A stretch of DNA of 64,000 nt from Alloascoidea hylecoeti (lineage: Eukaryota): assembly GCA_001600815.1 (NCBI GenBank), contig BCKZ01000009.1:584194-648193 (forward strand), read 5' to 3'. Every line of letters starts with the position of its first letter. The first letter of the stretch is position 1. Below the pieces are notes generated by a model. The model searched no databases, had not been told where the DNA came from, and saw nothing but the letters and a program-made list of their open reading frames with translations. The translations under genes and the position numbers were made by a program. Of this stretch, positions 38,714 through 50,460 are shown one piece after another.

Positions 38714-40978
38714 CTACAATTTAGTCCAAGATGCTAACATACCAGACCGAACTATCTTATTTAGATCTACCAGATCAATTTCAATATTCATCATACGCAA
38801 TTCATCACTAACAAACCTGGAAAAAGATCTATTGTTTCTCTTAGTTGAAGCAGTTTTCTCGGTACCATGAATCAAATTTAAATTTTCCAAGGCTTCCCAA
38901 GCTTCTTTGGCAATCCCCTTTGGCCATGTCTTAAATCGAGGCGCAAGACCACCACTACTATAACTGAAAGCAGATGATTCTGCTTTCTTTTGTTCATCCA
39001 CTTTTCGTGCCTGAGCTCTATATTCTTCATAAGCAAGATTGAAATTGATCAAAACAGACTCTAATTTTGCTTGAATCCGAGCTCCTGAAATTAATAGGGC
39101 GAGTTGAAGATCTGTGAGTGACTCTACTAACATCTGTGTTTCTGGATTGGATTGTTCTTTCTGAAGAGAACTAAAATATGATTGATCGGGAAATGGAGAT
39201 GCATTTGCAACTGCCATAATACATTTACTGTGGAAGAGTGCTACATCCTTAGTTGAATAATAAATTCTGTTCAATAAATTGTAAAAAGACGGTGCTTTCA
39301 AATTGAATAACTGATCTAGATAATCATTCCAAGCATTCGCATAATCTATTGCTAGTAGTCGTTGGGAAATAGAGAAATGCTTTGGTAATAAGTTATCCAG
39401 TTCTTTCTCTTCAAGATCAATTGTGAGACCAGCTTTGCAAACGTTCCAAAAATCTTTAATTTCATTTGGTCTAGAGACATAGATAATTCTTTGACTAAAT
39501 CTACTCTTCACCCTCTTTTCTAACATTTCCCGTGCTGTGATTCTAGAAGTGACACCGATGACTGCAACAGGAGCATTACTATTCATTGCAATATCAAATA
39601 GGTTATATAATAAGGTTTGCCGGGGATGCAAGGCAAATTTTTCAAAATCATCAAGTATAATAATTAAGGCCATGGATTTTTGTTTTGTATTTTCAATTTC
39701 ATTATCTCCATTTTCCCCCTTGGTTACTTCGCCTAGCTCTAAAGGATTACTTTCTAAAACTTGTAGAAATGAAGTCAAAGTATCAGAAATTGATTTTTTC
39801 TCCAAATAATCGTATTCTTCAACTTCTTTAGTTTCATTGCTAACATTTTTATTTTGTGCTTTTGAAAATGCCTTATCCATTTGTCTGGCGAGTTCTCGAA
39901 TGGCCATTTTATCATCTGTTTGAGCTAAACCTGTAAGATTCAATGTTATAAATTGATGTTTGTATTCTTCCTCTAAATTATTAATTGCAGTATTAACTAA
40001 TAATGATTTTCCTGATCCGCTTGGCCCCAGCACTAAACATGAATTTCCTTCCCCATCTTGAATAGTATGTTGTAGCAACTGATAAATAATATCGTATTGT
40101 GAATCTAGACCTATAACTTTGGTGTCTTTTTTATGAAATAACTTAGAAAGAACATGGTTTTTTGCGATGTTGATGATGCTTTCATCAAGCTTACTAAACT
40201 TTTCAAAACCTTTTGGTATTATATTTACACTTTCATCATTAATTACATTATCAAATTCATCATCATTAGATTTATCAGATAAATTAGACTCATCTGGTGT
40301 TTCTGTTCCAGTTTCTATGGAGTTCTGCTTTTCTTCGGGGCTCAGTTTTTTCTTGAGGACTTTAATATTCCATTGGTTACGCCTCTTTCTGTTGTTTGGC
40401 TTAACGATATCATCAACTTTATGATGTTTTCCATTTGAATGGGAATTAGATATCTGGGGGCTCGAGTCATTGAGGTTACTTTCACTATCGCTTCGATCTT
40501 CTTCACTGTCAGAATTAGAATTAGTATCACTCTCACTTTCACTAGTATTTTCGCTTTCATCAGAACTTTCACTTTCATGTCCGTTTTCTTTGCTGTTTTC
40601 GGTATGCTTGCTTGTTTCATTAACTTTGTTTGTTCTATTGTGTGTTCCATTAACTTTGTAACCATTTCTTGTTAGATTTCTACCAGAAGAATATTTGTTA
40701 ATGATTTTAGGGATTGAACGCGTCCTTCTCTGTAGAACAGTAGGAGAGTTCACTTTTTTGGACTTGGGTGACGTTGACCCTTTCCTAGAAGATTTAATTT
40801 TTCTTTCAACAGTAGAATTGGGGGTTGGTCTTTTATTTAACCTACTAGAAGCTGCATTTGTAGTAGCTTCTTTGGGTATTTGTTGTGTTTGTGTACTTCG
40901 TCGAACTCTTTTCCCAGAAACCTGAAAGGTCTCGACCATATCTATCGCCTTCAACCTCGACAACTCTCGTTTTGACAT
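38714..40978 (-). CDS. ORC4: Origin recognition complex subunit 4 with long low-complexity N-terminus
   Basis: GEGNSCLVLGPSGSGKS (Walker A), IILDDFEKF (Walker B), RQTLLYNLFD, LEKRVKSRFSQR, NFNLAYEEY. Confidence 0.93.
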   Translation of the reverse strand: MSKRELSRLKAIDMVETFQVSGKRVRRSTQTQQIPKEATTNAASSRLNKRPTPNSTVERKIKSSRKGSTSPKSKKVNSPTVLQRRTRSIPKIINKYSSGRNLTRNGYKVNGTHNRTNKVNETSKHTENSKENGHESESSDESENTSESESDTNSNSDSEEDRSDSESNLNDSSPQISNSHSNGKHHKVDDIVKPNNRKRRNQWNIKVLKKKLSPEEKQNSIETGTETPDESNLSDKSNDDEFDNVINDESVNIIPKGFEKFSKLDESIINIAKNHVLSKLFHKKDTKVIGLDSQYDIIYQLLQHTIQDGEGNSCLVLGPSGSGKSLLVNTAINNLEEEYKHQFITLNLTGLAQTDDKMAIRELARQMDKAFSKAQNKNVSNETKEVEEYDYLEKKSISDTLTSFLQVLESNPLELGEVTKGENGDNEIENTKQKSMALIIILDDFEKFALHPRQTLLYNLFDIAMNSNAPVAVIGVTSRITAREMLEKRVKSRFSQRIIYVSRPNEIKDFWNVCKAGLTIDLEEKELDNLLPKHFSISQRLLAIDYANAWNDYLDQLFNLKAPSFYNLLNRIYYSTKDVALFHSKCIMAVANASPFPDQSYFSSLQKEQSNPETQMLVESLTDLQLALLISGARIQAKLESVLINFNLAYEEYRAQARKVDEQKKAESSAFSYSSGGLAPRFKTWPKGIAKEAWEALENLNLIHGTEKTASTKRNNRSFSRFVSDELRMMNIEIDLVDLNKIVRSGMLASWTKL

Positions 40979-41142
40979 ATTTTATATTTAAGTTACTATT
41001 TTTCATCAACTTTCGTATATGTTTACCTTATTTATTTTTCATTATAAAATATTAGGAAGAGGGTGACTGGATGTGAGTGTGAAACCTTTAAGATTAATTA
41101 CCATTTCTTTTCAGCCAATTACAAACACAATTACAAATACAA

Positions 41143-41733
41143 ATGTCTTCTTTACCAAATTCAGTGAAACAGTTACTCCAAAATGGGAAATTTCTACATT
41201 TAGGAACATCGTATAATGATTTCCCTCATGTCAGCTTGATGAATTACCTTTACCTCGATACAAATGAAGCTACTCCTTATGAATCCGACCCATGCATTGT
41301 TATCTCAAGCCCTAAAAATACAACTAAATATGATAATATATCACATAATTCTAAAGTAAGCGTCTTGATTCATGATTGGACCACGACGAACGCGTTGGGT
41401 GTTCTAGGAGGAAGTGGAGTTAATGGGAATGGATCCACGGAAAGGGCATCACACACTAGATCCGGATCTGGTGTTGAAGAATCTCATTTGTACAATTTGC
41501 TTCAATCAATAAATCAGGCCGAATTTTCAAATCTGAGCGTTACTTTATCTGGAGAAGCGACAGTAATATCAGATGAAGATAAGGAAAAAAATGAATTTTT
41601 CAAGAATCGATTGTTGAACCTTAATGGAGACGCAAAAGTGTTTTTGGACTGCGATAATTCAGCTATAATCCTAATAAAAATTAAGTCCGCTAGGGTTGTG
41701 GACAAAGAGAATAATGTTTCTAATTGGAATTAA
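41143..41733 (+). CDS. Pyridoxamine 5'-phosphate oxidase-like FMN-binding protein (YPR172W/YLR456W family)
   Basis: FLHLGT, PHVSLMNY, TKYDNISHNSKVSVLIHDW. Confidence 0.82.
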   Translation: MSSLPNSVKQLLQNGKFLHLGTSYNDFPHVSLMNYLYLDTNEATPYESDPCIVISSPKNTTKYDNISHNSKVSVLIHDWTTTNALGVLGGSGVNGNGSTERASHTRSGSGVEESHLYNLLQSINQAEFSNLSVTLSGEATVISDEDKEKNEFFKNRLLNLNGDAKVFLDCDNSAIILIKIKSARVVDKENNVSNWN

Positions 41734-41946
41734 TTTGAATTCTTTGTTTTGATTAAAATATTTGGATTATCATACTTAAACTACACAAATGTATCAATCA
41801 TTAGTAAAACTTCTTATTTCCTTCGAGCGTTATAATTAATCTATTTTTATTTTTGATGAATAATATAAATTGATTATGTATAAATCAAAACTCATTAAAC
41901 AGTCCATTTCATAGTTATAATATACTATTATAATATACTATTATAA

Positions 41947-43382
41947 CTAATTTCCCTCTTGACCAAAATCATTAGTAAAATCTATATGTTTCTTAATATC
42001 ATCATCATTGACGGTTGGTTTTGTGTTCTTAATCGCTCTGATGAAATCTTTAATGGTCAAAGCAGGTATCTGTAATTCATCACTTTCGATATCCATAATT
42101 TTCATCTCCTCTGCCCCTTTATCACCGGGAGAGCATGCTTCATACATCTTCTTTTTCGTCGTTGTTCCATCTTCATTTTCCACCTTAACTAAAACTGGTT
42201 TGAAATGAGTAGCCGTTCGTAATTTACGTATTGGTTGCATTAGCGCATCTCGAACAGCAACAGCAACATCATGACCGGAATATCCAGGAGTCATCTCAGC
42301 CAAAGTCCGATAATCCTGTTGTGTTAATGTACAAGGTGTGTCACCGACATTCAACTTGAACATTGTGACACGGGCTTCAACTCCAGGTAAAGCGATATAT
42401 ATTCTCTTTTCAAAACGACGTCTAATAGCAGCGTCTAGTTGCCATGGGATATTGGTGGCACCTAATACCAAAACTCCACTTGGATCATTTCCAACACCAT
42501 TCATCTGTACCAGCAATTCAGTTTTGATTCTTCTACTTGCTTCGGATTCCCCTTCTCCTCTGGGTCCACATAGAGCATCTACTTCATCTATGAAAATGAT
42601 AGATGGCTTACTTTCTCTGGCCATATTGAACAATTGTTTGACCAATCTTTCAGACTCACCCATCCATTTAGAAACCAAATCGGACGAACTAACACTAAAA
42701 AAAGTCGAGTTTGCTTCTGTTGCCACAGCTTTGGCGAGATAAGATTTACCAGTACCTGGTGGACCATATAATAGAATACCACTTGTCGGTTTCCGCTTTC
42801 CTTGGAAAAGATGGGGGAATTTCACAGGGAGAATAACAGCTTCTTTTAAAGCATCTTTTGCCCCTTCAAGACCAGCAATATCTTCCCATTTAACATTGGG
42901 TTTTTCGGAAAGAATTGCTCCTGCCAGAGCACCACGTAGTTTCTTAGTTTCTCCATCCTCGTCATTATCATCACCAGCACCTTTCCTAAAAAGGATAAGA
43001 AAGCAAAGGTTAGCCATCTAAATAAAAGAGATACATCAAAGCACACATACTTTTTGAGAGATCCATTGGCTGAGTTCTCAGTATGCTTTTCTTTTGTTTT
43101 CTCAAGATGTTCTTTCAATTGCTCAGCCCTTGTCAAATACTCTGTAACTTTAGATCGAATTAACTCTTTGCTTCTAGCATTTTTCTCATCTATATACTCG
43201 TTAGATAGGAAACAATCTAAATCTATAATTGTTTGTTGATACTTACATTTAATAGCAGTCATGAAATAGTCTAAAGCATTGAAATACAACTTATAAGCTT
43301 CTTCATATTTGGCAGCAGTATCAGCCTCAATAGCCTTCTGAACCAAATCGATCCCTTTTCCGAGAAAATCGCTCGCGGCCAT
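41947..43382 (-). CDS. VPS4: ESCRT-III disassembly AAA-ATPase, 3 exons
   Basis: MIT domain; introns 43190-43246 and 42986-43050; [29 protein letters not shown]-terminus FGQEGN. Confidence 0.97.
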
Positions 43383-43773
43383 TTTATGATACTAAAGGTC
43401 AAATATGGAATTCTAAGATGAAAATGAGGTGTGATTGTGTGAGCGTGCCACAAAGTACGGTAAACAAACAAATACAGCGTATTATCCAGCATAGCATTAT
43501 ATACGAAATAATGGTATAATTTATATAGTCGACACAAAACAAGGCAAAAGAAATAAAAACAAATTCACCCGTAGCCCAGAGTTAACATAAACGTAGCATA
43601 CAAAATAACATAAGCGACCGATAGCATATTACACAAATAACTCTCCCATGACCGTTAAAAAAGAACACAAAATAAAAGAAAAAAAATCAAAAATCAAAAA
43701 GTTGGTACTACATTTCTCATCATAAATATCAAAGTGTTTGATGCTCAGTAGACCTTTTAATGTCCTACTGAAT

Positions 43774-45009
43774 TTAGGTCCCTTTAAGTGTTTTAAAGGC
43801 ATTTTTTTGCCCTGCTTCTGAGGAAATCGCATCCAGTTCGTTCAAATTTCCACTATCCATTGATTTGGAACGTTGTTTCATATATTGCAGTTTAGTCCTT
43901 AGCGCAAAACTGGACACATTACTGTATCGAAAGCTAAACGCTTGTTTTTCATGTCTTGAACCCGTACTTGATGACGCACGTGGTGGTGTAAACAATGAAG
44001 ATGTTACCAAGTTTTGTGTATCAATTGGGTTAGGTGGGGATAGAACTTTATCTAGACTACAATTCCAAGTAGCTGACTTGATCATCACTTGATTACCTCC
44101 ATTTTTCACAATGTTTTTGTCGAATTTGTAAATATTCGAAGGAGATGGTTTCGATTGATCATTAGAAACTGAGACGTCTTTGTCATTCAAAGGCTTCCAG
44201 ACTTTCTTTAATGTTTGTTTAGAAGAAGAAGTACTTTCAAAATACCCAGGAAATTCTTCAATGCTGCGCTCTCCGAACGGAACACGTGCATATTTTGGTA
44301 AGGGGCCGTGAGCTTCTGGATCTAGTAGTTCTGGCTTTGAAGGTGAAGGAGACCCTTCGACTGATGGAGCAGGTGTAGCTTGTGAAGAGGTGGAAGACTG
44401 GGGTGGATTTCCAATTTCAGCTTCAATCGACCCTGCATTTTCTTTGTCGTCGTCGTCCAATTCGTGTATGTCTTCATTTGTTGTATTAGTTTCCATAGTA
44501 AGTTCTTCATTGACTGGCATTTCGTCCTCTTTCTCGTCTCTCAGAATATCATTGAAAATTTCAAAACGCTTCTCTTTTTTGGCAGACGATAGTATCCCCC
44601 TAACGGGTGATATCAATCCAAATTTGGTAGTTGAAGCTTTAGGTCTGGTATTTGTAGTTAAAAATGGTGAACCGGATGTGCTCTTTAAAGTAGTTGGATG
44701 ATCACGCTTAATCTCCTTTTTAGAGTCATCAGTCTTCCGCTTATGCTGGGCCTTTGAACTTGTTACAGCTTGCATATTATTATTCTTTTCAAGTAGGGTG
44801 GTCGTGGCTCTATGTGATCGAAAAGGTGTCATTGGATTTGAATTTCTGATTTGAAGACCTGGAAGAGGAGACGAATTGAATATATTTAGATTACGTGGTT
44901 CCTTCTTTTTCATTTTACTTGTAGAGAATAAATCATTCTCCTGATTTTCTGAAATAGCATGTTTCCTGGTCCAGGAACGGGTGTGTCTTCGCATTGTGTT
45001 TTCCTCCAT
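43774..45009 (-). CDS. Acm1-like APC/C-Cdh1 pseudosubstrate inhibitor (disordered protein)
   Basis: Motifs in Acm1 order: ABBA-like FEIFND, KEN box (DKEN), D-box region RVPFGERSIEEFPGY (compare RIALKDLSVDEFKGY), FTPPR CDK site, RSKSMD. Many SP/TP sites. Confidence 0.65.
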   Translation of the reverse strand: MEENTMRRHTRSWTRKHAISENQENDLFSTSKMKKKEPRNLNIFNSSPLPGLQIRNSNPMTPFRSHRATTTLLEKNNNMQAVTSSKAQHKRKTDDSKKEIKRDHPTTLKSTSGSPFLTTNTRPKASTTKFGLISPVRGILSSAKKEKRFEIFNDILRDEKEDEMPVNEELTMETNTTNEDIHELDDDDKENAGSIEAEIGNPPQSSTSSQATPAPSVEGSPSPSKPELLDPEAHGPLPKYARVPFGERSIEEFPGYFESTSSSKQTLKKVWKPLNDKDVSVSNDQSKPSPSNIYKFDKNIVKNGGNQVMIKSATWNCSLDKVLSPPNPIDTQNLVTSSLFTPPRASSSTGSRHEKQAFSFRYSNVSSFALRTKLQYMKQRSKSMDSGNLNELDAISSEAGQKNAFKTLKGT

Positions 45010-45217
45010 CAAAGATGTTTAATAAATCATATATATTTGTTTAATGTCCAACTGAGAACAAAAAGATGTACGGGTGTTATAGGACATCACCTGATGCATA
45101 ACCGTCCAGGATGTTGTCTCCAGATCTGCCGTGACAACCGGCCTCCCAGATAACAAATAAAACTCACCTCTTTTTTTCCTTCTCTTCACACTTCATTTGG
45201 TCACTTTTGCTGCTGAA

Positions 45218-45362
45218 TTCGCGTAATCAGCCACTCTGCTTTTAAAATAAATTTGATTTTGCTGCTTATTTATTTAATAGAATACTTGGCTACATTTTTC
45301 TATTTTGATCATATTAAGAATTGATCTACACAAACAAAATTTAAACACAAACGCGTCGCGAA
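45218..45362. promoter_or_regulatory. MCB/SCB-like elements in the divergent Acm1-like/MCD1 promoter
   Basis: TTCGCGT 45218-45224; ACGCGT 45351-45356 followed by CGCGAA 45357-45362. Confidence 0.6.
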
Positions 45363-45389
45363 TTAAAATTTCCTGGGAACTAATCTATA

Positions 45390-47066
45390 ATGTTTTATTC
45401 CGAAGCCTTACTATCCCGTGAAGGACCACTTGCTCACGTCTGGCTGGCTGCCAATCTGGAACGACGTTTATCCAAAAATCAATTACTTGGCACAAATATT
45501 CAAAAATCTGTCGGTGCTATTGTTGATGCCGAAGCAGCTTTAAGATTATCTGGTACTTTATTATTTGGTGTTGTTAGGATATATTCAAGAAAAGCCAAAT
45601 ATTTATTGGATGATTGTAATGATGCTTTATTAAAATTGAAAATGATTTTTAAACCTGGCAAAAATATTGAATTACCTACTGAAAAGACAATATCAAATTT
45701 AACCGCATTAACATTACCAAATACAATTACAGAATTTGATTTATTACTTCCCGAACCATTAGATTTAGATGCTGATATTACCTCAACTAATCAACAACAA
45801 ACATCTGCTGCCGATAGAGCTAAAATTTCATTACCGGATCTTGATGCCTCAATTGAAATTCCCCGTGCTTTTGAAGAGCACGATGATCTTGCAGGATTTA
45901 GAGACACTGAAGATTTTGAACTTGATTTAGGGTTGGATGATGAGCTACAGGAGGATAAAGCTCCCAAAGGTGATATGGAACTCGATTTAGATTTGGACTT
46001 AGATAATAGTGTTGAAGTTGGAAGAGCCGGGACATCACCCATTCCGGAAGAGCCAAGTGATTTAGTTATGGGCTCATCCCCTGCTCCAGAAACTGGCGGC
46101 GATTATGATTTTGATCTTGGCCCTGCAACACCCGAGCCAGTCGAACAAGAACAACCAATTTCTCCGTTGACTCCAGTTGGGGACATTGAGGTTGAACACT
46201 TACCTCTCACACCAGCAGAATCTCCAAAACGGCCACGTGTTAGTGCTACAAGAAAGCCTGGTAAGAAAAGACTAATGATTGACGAAGCTACTGAGCTAGA
46301 TGGTTCATTTATTAAACAATTACAACAAGATAGATCTCAAATTTTAAAAAAGTATCCACATTTATCTGTTTATCAATACTCACAAACAAATTTGGATTTT
46401 AATCAATTGAGTTCCAACCCTGAAGAGTTCTTCAGATTAGTGAATCAACCACCATCATTCATAGAAAACAAAGCCGGTAATGACTTATTAAATCCTGATA
46501 ATGTTTTAGCTTGTTTAGCCAGAAAGAAGAGAAGAATTTCCAAAGATGATGAAATTGAACAAATTCCATCACCCGTTGGTGAGCTTGATCATGAAACAGC
46601 TGAACCGGGTACAGAAGATGCTCAAGAGACTTTTGTTACAAATGAAAGTAATCAAGATAAAGACTATGATCAAGGTTTTGACTTGGGTGGATTTGAAGAA
46701 GATATTATTGTTGAAGGGGATCCTGAAAAGGAAGCTACTGCTGAGTTTGTATCAAGTCCTCATAATGATGAAGAAGAGGAAGAAGAATCCTCATCAAATG
46801 GTATCTCCAAGAACACTTTAAGAGTAGCAGGTTTATTAAGGGACGAATTTGCATTGAAAGAATCTACATCATTAGATTCTATTCTTGAAAGACAATTTAC
46901 TTCAAACGACATTGCCAAACCAAACACCAAGAAACAAGCTGTTAAGACGTTTTTTGAACTTTTAGTTTTGGCTACTGGTGATGGTATATCATTACAACAA
47001 GAAGATACTTTTGAAGAAATAAAAATTGAATCAAGACAGAAATTGTTTGAAAAGTTTGTTGTTTAA
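45390..47066 (+). CDS. MCD1: Cohesin kleisin Mcd1/Scc1/Rad21
   Basis: MFYSEALLSREGPLAHVWLAANLERRL...ALRLSGTLLFGVVRIYSRKAKYLL; separase-type sites SIEIPR and SVEVGR; C-terminal AVKTFFELLVLAT. Confidence 0.95.
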   Translation: MFYSEALLSREGPLAHVWLAANLERRLSKNQLLGTNIQKSVGAIVDAEAALRLSGTLLFGVVRIYSRKAKYLLDDCNDALLKLKMIFKPGKNIELPTEKTISNLTALTLPNTITEFDLLLPEPLDLDADITSTNQQQTSAADRAKISLPDLDASIEIPRAFEEHDDLAGFRDTEDFELDLGLDDELQEDKAPKGDMELDLDLDLDNSVEVGRAGTSPIPEEPSDLVMGSSPAPETGGDYDFDLGPATPEPVEQEQPISPLTPVGDIEVEHLPLTPAESPKRPRVSATRKPGKKRLMIDEATELDGSFIKQLQQDRSQILKKYPHLSVYQYSQTNLDFNQLSSNPEEFFRLVNQPPSFIENKAGNDLLNPDNVLACLARKKRRISKDDEIEQIPSPVGELDHETAEPGTEDAQETFVTNESNQDKDYDQGFDLGGFEEDIIVEGDPEKEATAEFVSSPHNDEEEEEESSSNGISKNTLRVAGLLRDEFALKESTSLDSILERQFTSNDIAKPNTKKQAVKTFFELLVLATGDGISLQQEDTFEEIKIESRQKLFEKFVV

Positions 47067-47347
47067 ATAACTCAGTTTATTGTTTTTTTTCCCCTTATAA
47101 GTGGTATCTCTGATCTCATATGCAATTATTGTATTTTAATGACTTTTTATTATTGTTTTGTCTTTATTTTATCTGCGTTGTTGGTTTTTTGCAGTATATA
47201 AGTTATATAGTGTTTATATATGTAAATTTAGAACTATGCCATTTTTATATTGGTTCTAAATAATATATTTTATTGAAAACTAAAACACTCCATAATTAGT
47301 TATATGAATATATAATATCAATTGTAACCAATTTTTATTTTAAAGTT

Positions 47348-49609
47348 TTAAAATGATTCAAGGTATTGTTCCTGGTTTAACACACCATCCAACTTTTGCC
47401 AATTGTCTACAGATGGTGTTGATAATTCATTCAAATTAACATCAAAAATTGTTAATACACCATTTTCACCACCAACAGCTAATTTATTCCCTGTTTGGGT
47501 CTCCCATCGTAATTTATTTAATGCTTTTCTAGATTCAATTGATGGTTCTTGTGAAGTGGTAGTTGGTCCTGAAGATGATGATAAAGAACTATAATTTGGT
47601 TTCGTAGAAAACATTGGCATTTCTGAATCTTTTAATAAGTCCCATATTTCAACATTCCCTGAACCATCGACACAAGACCAAACACCGGGTAATTGAGGAT
47701 GCCACGACACATCAAAGACTGTATCGTCTCTGTAGAATTGCATTAATGGTGAGATAGTTTGAGATTTAACAGTTGCACCAGTTGGTCCACTTTGACCTAA
47801 TAACGAAGCACTTAAATCAGATAACCTTGTTGATGTATTTAAATCAGATGTAATACCATTCGAACGAAATGCATCAGAGTTGAAATGTGATGTTTTCCAA
47901 AGTTTGATTGTCCAGTCATATCCACAACTAAGCATTAAATCATTATACTTTGATCTAAACTGATCACTTGAAGATGAACTGTTAAAGCTATAATTAGCAA
48001 TATTATTGATGTAGTTATTATTTGGATGAAATGTGATTCTGTTTACTGGACCCATATGACCTTTATAAATTCCTCTCCAATCAACTCCTGCTCTAGCACC
48101 TGCTTGATCAAACCTATTACATTGATAAATGTTACCATCTTCTGCGCCAAATAAAAAGCAATTACTATCATTATTCATTATATCTATTGTCACTGGAGCA
48201 AGATCATCATATAATGTTGGTGGAATTGCTTTTAAATGTAATGATTCTTGAGGTTTTGCTAATAAATCGGAAGCCCAAGCACAAACGGTACCATCAGTTG
48301 AAGCTGTGATGATACCATTTGCATTTGTATTTGTAGTAGCAGTTGATGATAAATTAATATTTGCTAGAGTAAAAACAGGATGTGTATGACATTCTTCATT
48401 TAAAGGAGATCTTAATATAGGACCATGTGAATTATTGTTATCTAATCTCATATCCCATGCGAATATTTGACCTGAATAACCACCACCAAATATGATTTGT
48501 GGTTGATTAATAGCAAAACATGCAGAAAGAATATCTGTTTCTGCAGTAAATACATATTCTGGTTTTCCTTTCATATGTTGATTCCAAACTTGTATAATAC
48601 CTTTTGGTTCACTAATGGCATGTTTTGCATGATTATAAGAAGCCAATATTAACTCCGGGTATTTGATTGACCAATCAATATCTGTGATTGATCTTAAATG
48701 AGACCATTTAGGAGAATATAGTTGGGAAGATTGTTTTAAAATGAAATTTGTATCATGAGTTGGTTCATCTGATTGATTTAAATTATTAAAAACAGAATTA
48801 TAATCTGTTAATACATCATAATCATCTTCTATTGCTCTTTCAACAACTTTTAAAGATTTATCAATGAATTGAATAAAAGATTCATTATTCAATAAATTTG
48901 GATCATGTGTTTCAATTTTATCATCTGTACCATCAATATTTTTATCAGTTGTAGGAATATTATTAACGGTTGTTTTTTGATCTATTACTTGTTTAGTTCC
49001 TTGTTGTAGTAAAGTGGCATATTTCTCTTCAAATTCCAGTTCTAGTTTTTTCCGTAATTCTTTTTCTAATTTTGATATTAGAACTTGTTCATCATCAGGA
49101 TCAATTTTATCATTATCATCATCAGTTTGAATAGATTTGCCATATGTTATTATTTCAGGAGCCGATGGTGTTGCTGTACTTGGATCTAGTTCTGGTTCAA
49201 CTGTAGTTGTCACTTCTTCAGTTGATTCTTGAGATTCGTCTGTTTGAATACTAACTGACACTAACCGACTTTAAATGAAGTATTAGCATGGATATTAATA
49301 TATGATGGAGGTCGAAACTTACACTTCATATGGAATGGGACTCGGACTTGATCTTTCTGATCCCATCACACTTCTAACGATATCATCAACATTTCCTCGA
49401 TGCTATGTTCAAAACCTGTCAGTAATCTGATCCATTTTTTGTATTTTGTTATGATTGTTACATACCGATACGCTAACATCTCTTTTAACCTCAACAGCTG
49501 TATTTTCAAGAAGTTGACTGCTTCTTTCCCTATTTTTTTCCCGTGAGGCTCTTAAAGCTCTCAACCTGTTTATTTTATCCTGTAACTCCCGTTGTCTTGC
49601 CTCTGACAT
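47348..49609 (-). CDS. PAC11: Cytoplasmic dynein intermediate chain, 3 exons
   Basis: N-terminal coiled coil; introns 49403-49465 and 49269-49322; two LC8-binding IQT motifs (SVSIQTD, KSIQTD); WD40 repeats (RSITDIDWS..YPELILASY, DWTIKLW). Confidence 0.88.
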
Positions 49610-50401
49610 TTCTTTAAATACGCGTGCGTGGCGCGTTTCGTGGAGAGTTTTGGGTTACAGTGAGTAGTTTATTTCAGATTTGGTGGTGAGTAAAACCTCC
49701 TACATTTTAAATCCTATTAATCAACTTCTATAAAACTTTAACATAATATAACCTAAGACAAAAAAACAAGATAAAAGTATATTGAAAAAAAATAAATACA
49801 TAGCTATATATATTTAATTTAATTTAGTTTGGTCGTTCAACACATTTCACATCAGTTACTAATAAATAAAAAAAAAAAAGACAGAAGATTGAGAATATTT
49901 GACAACACTTTTTTTATTATAAAAAGTTTCATCATGATTGATGATATGATATATATTCTTCAAAGGATAGGTAAAAGAGATAATTATAGATAGAAAATAT
50001 GTTACTTCTTTCAACTAATCATATTAAATTAAAAAATCTTAAAAAATTTGAAAAAAAAAGGTTTCTTAAAAAAAAACATATACAAAAAACAAAATTTTTA
50101 AAAAATTTAGTAATTTAATTTAAATTAGTATTTCCATAAAAATAAAAAAAAATTAAAAAAAAGATGAAATAATAATAAGTTAATGAAAATGAGCTTTGAA
50201 GTTTTCTCCATGACATACACTTAAATAGCTAGCTAGAACGAAAACTTTAAGAAATCAAATATCAAAAATCAAATTTATTCAATTCACAGGGTTTTTGACG
50301 AGGAGTTAAAAAGGAAAAAAAAATATTTAAGGAAAGATAGGATAGTAATATGATGTTTAGAGGAGGCGAAAGATATGTATATGAAATAAGAATCATAACA
50401 G

Positions 50402-50460
50402 ATAATAATAATAATAATAATAATAGTAATAATAATAGTAATAGTAGTAATAATAATAAT
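50402..50460 (+). repeat. (AAT/AGT)n trinucleotide microsatellite
   Basis: ataataataat...aatagtaat run in the intergenic region downstream of the La-motif gene. Confidence 0.85.

Noticed and set aside
45390..45470. Alternative CUG decoding (Ser or Ala clades)
   Set aside because: CTG occupies conserved Leu positions (Mcd1 WLAANLE, Vps4 ELLVQM, Ded81 GYGLG).
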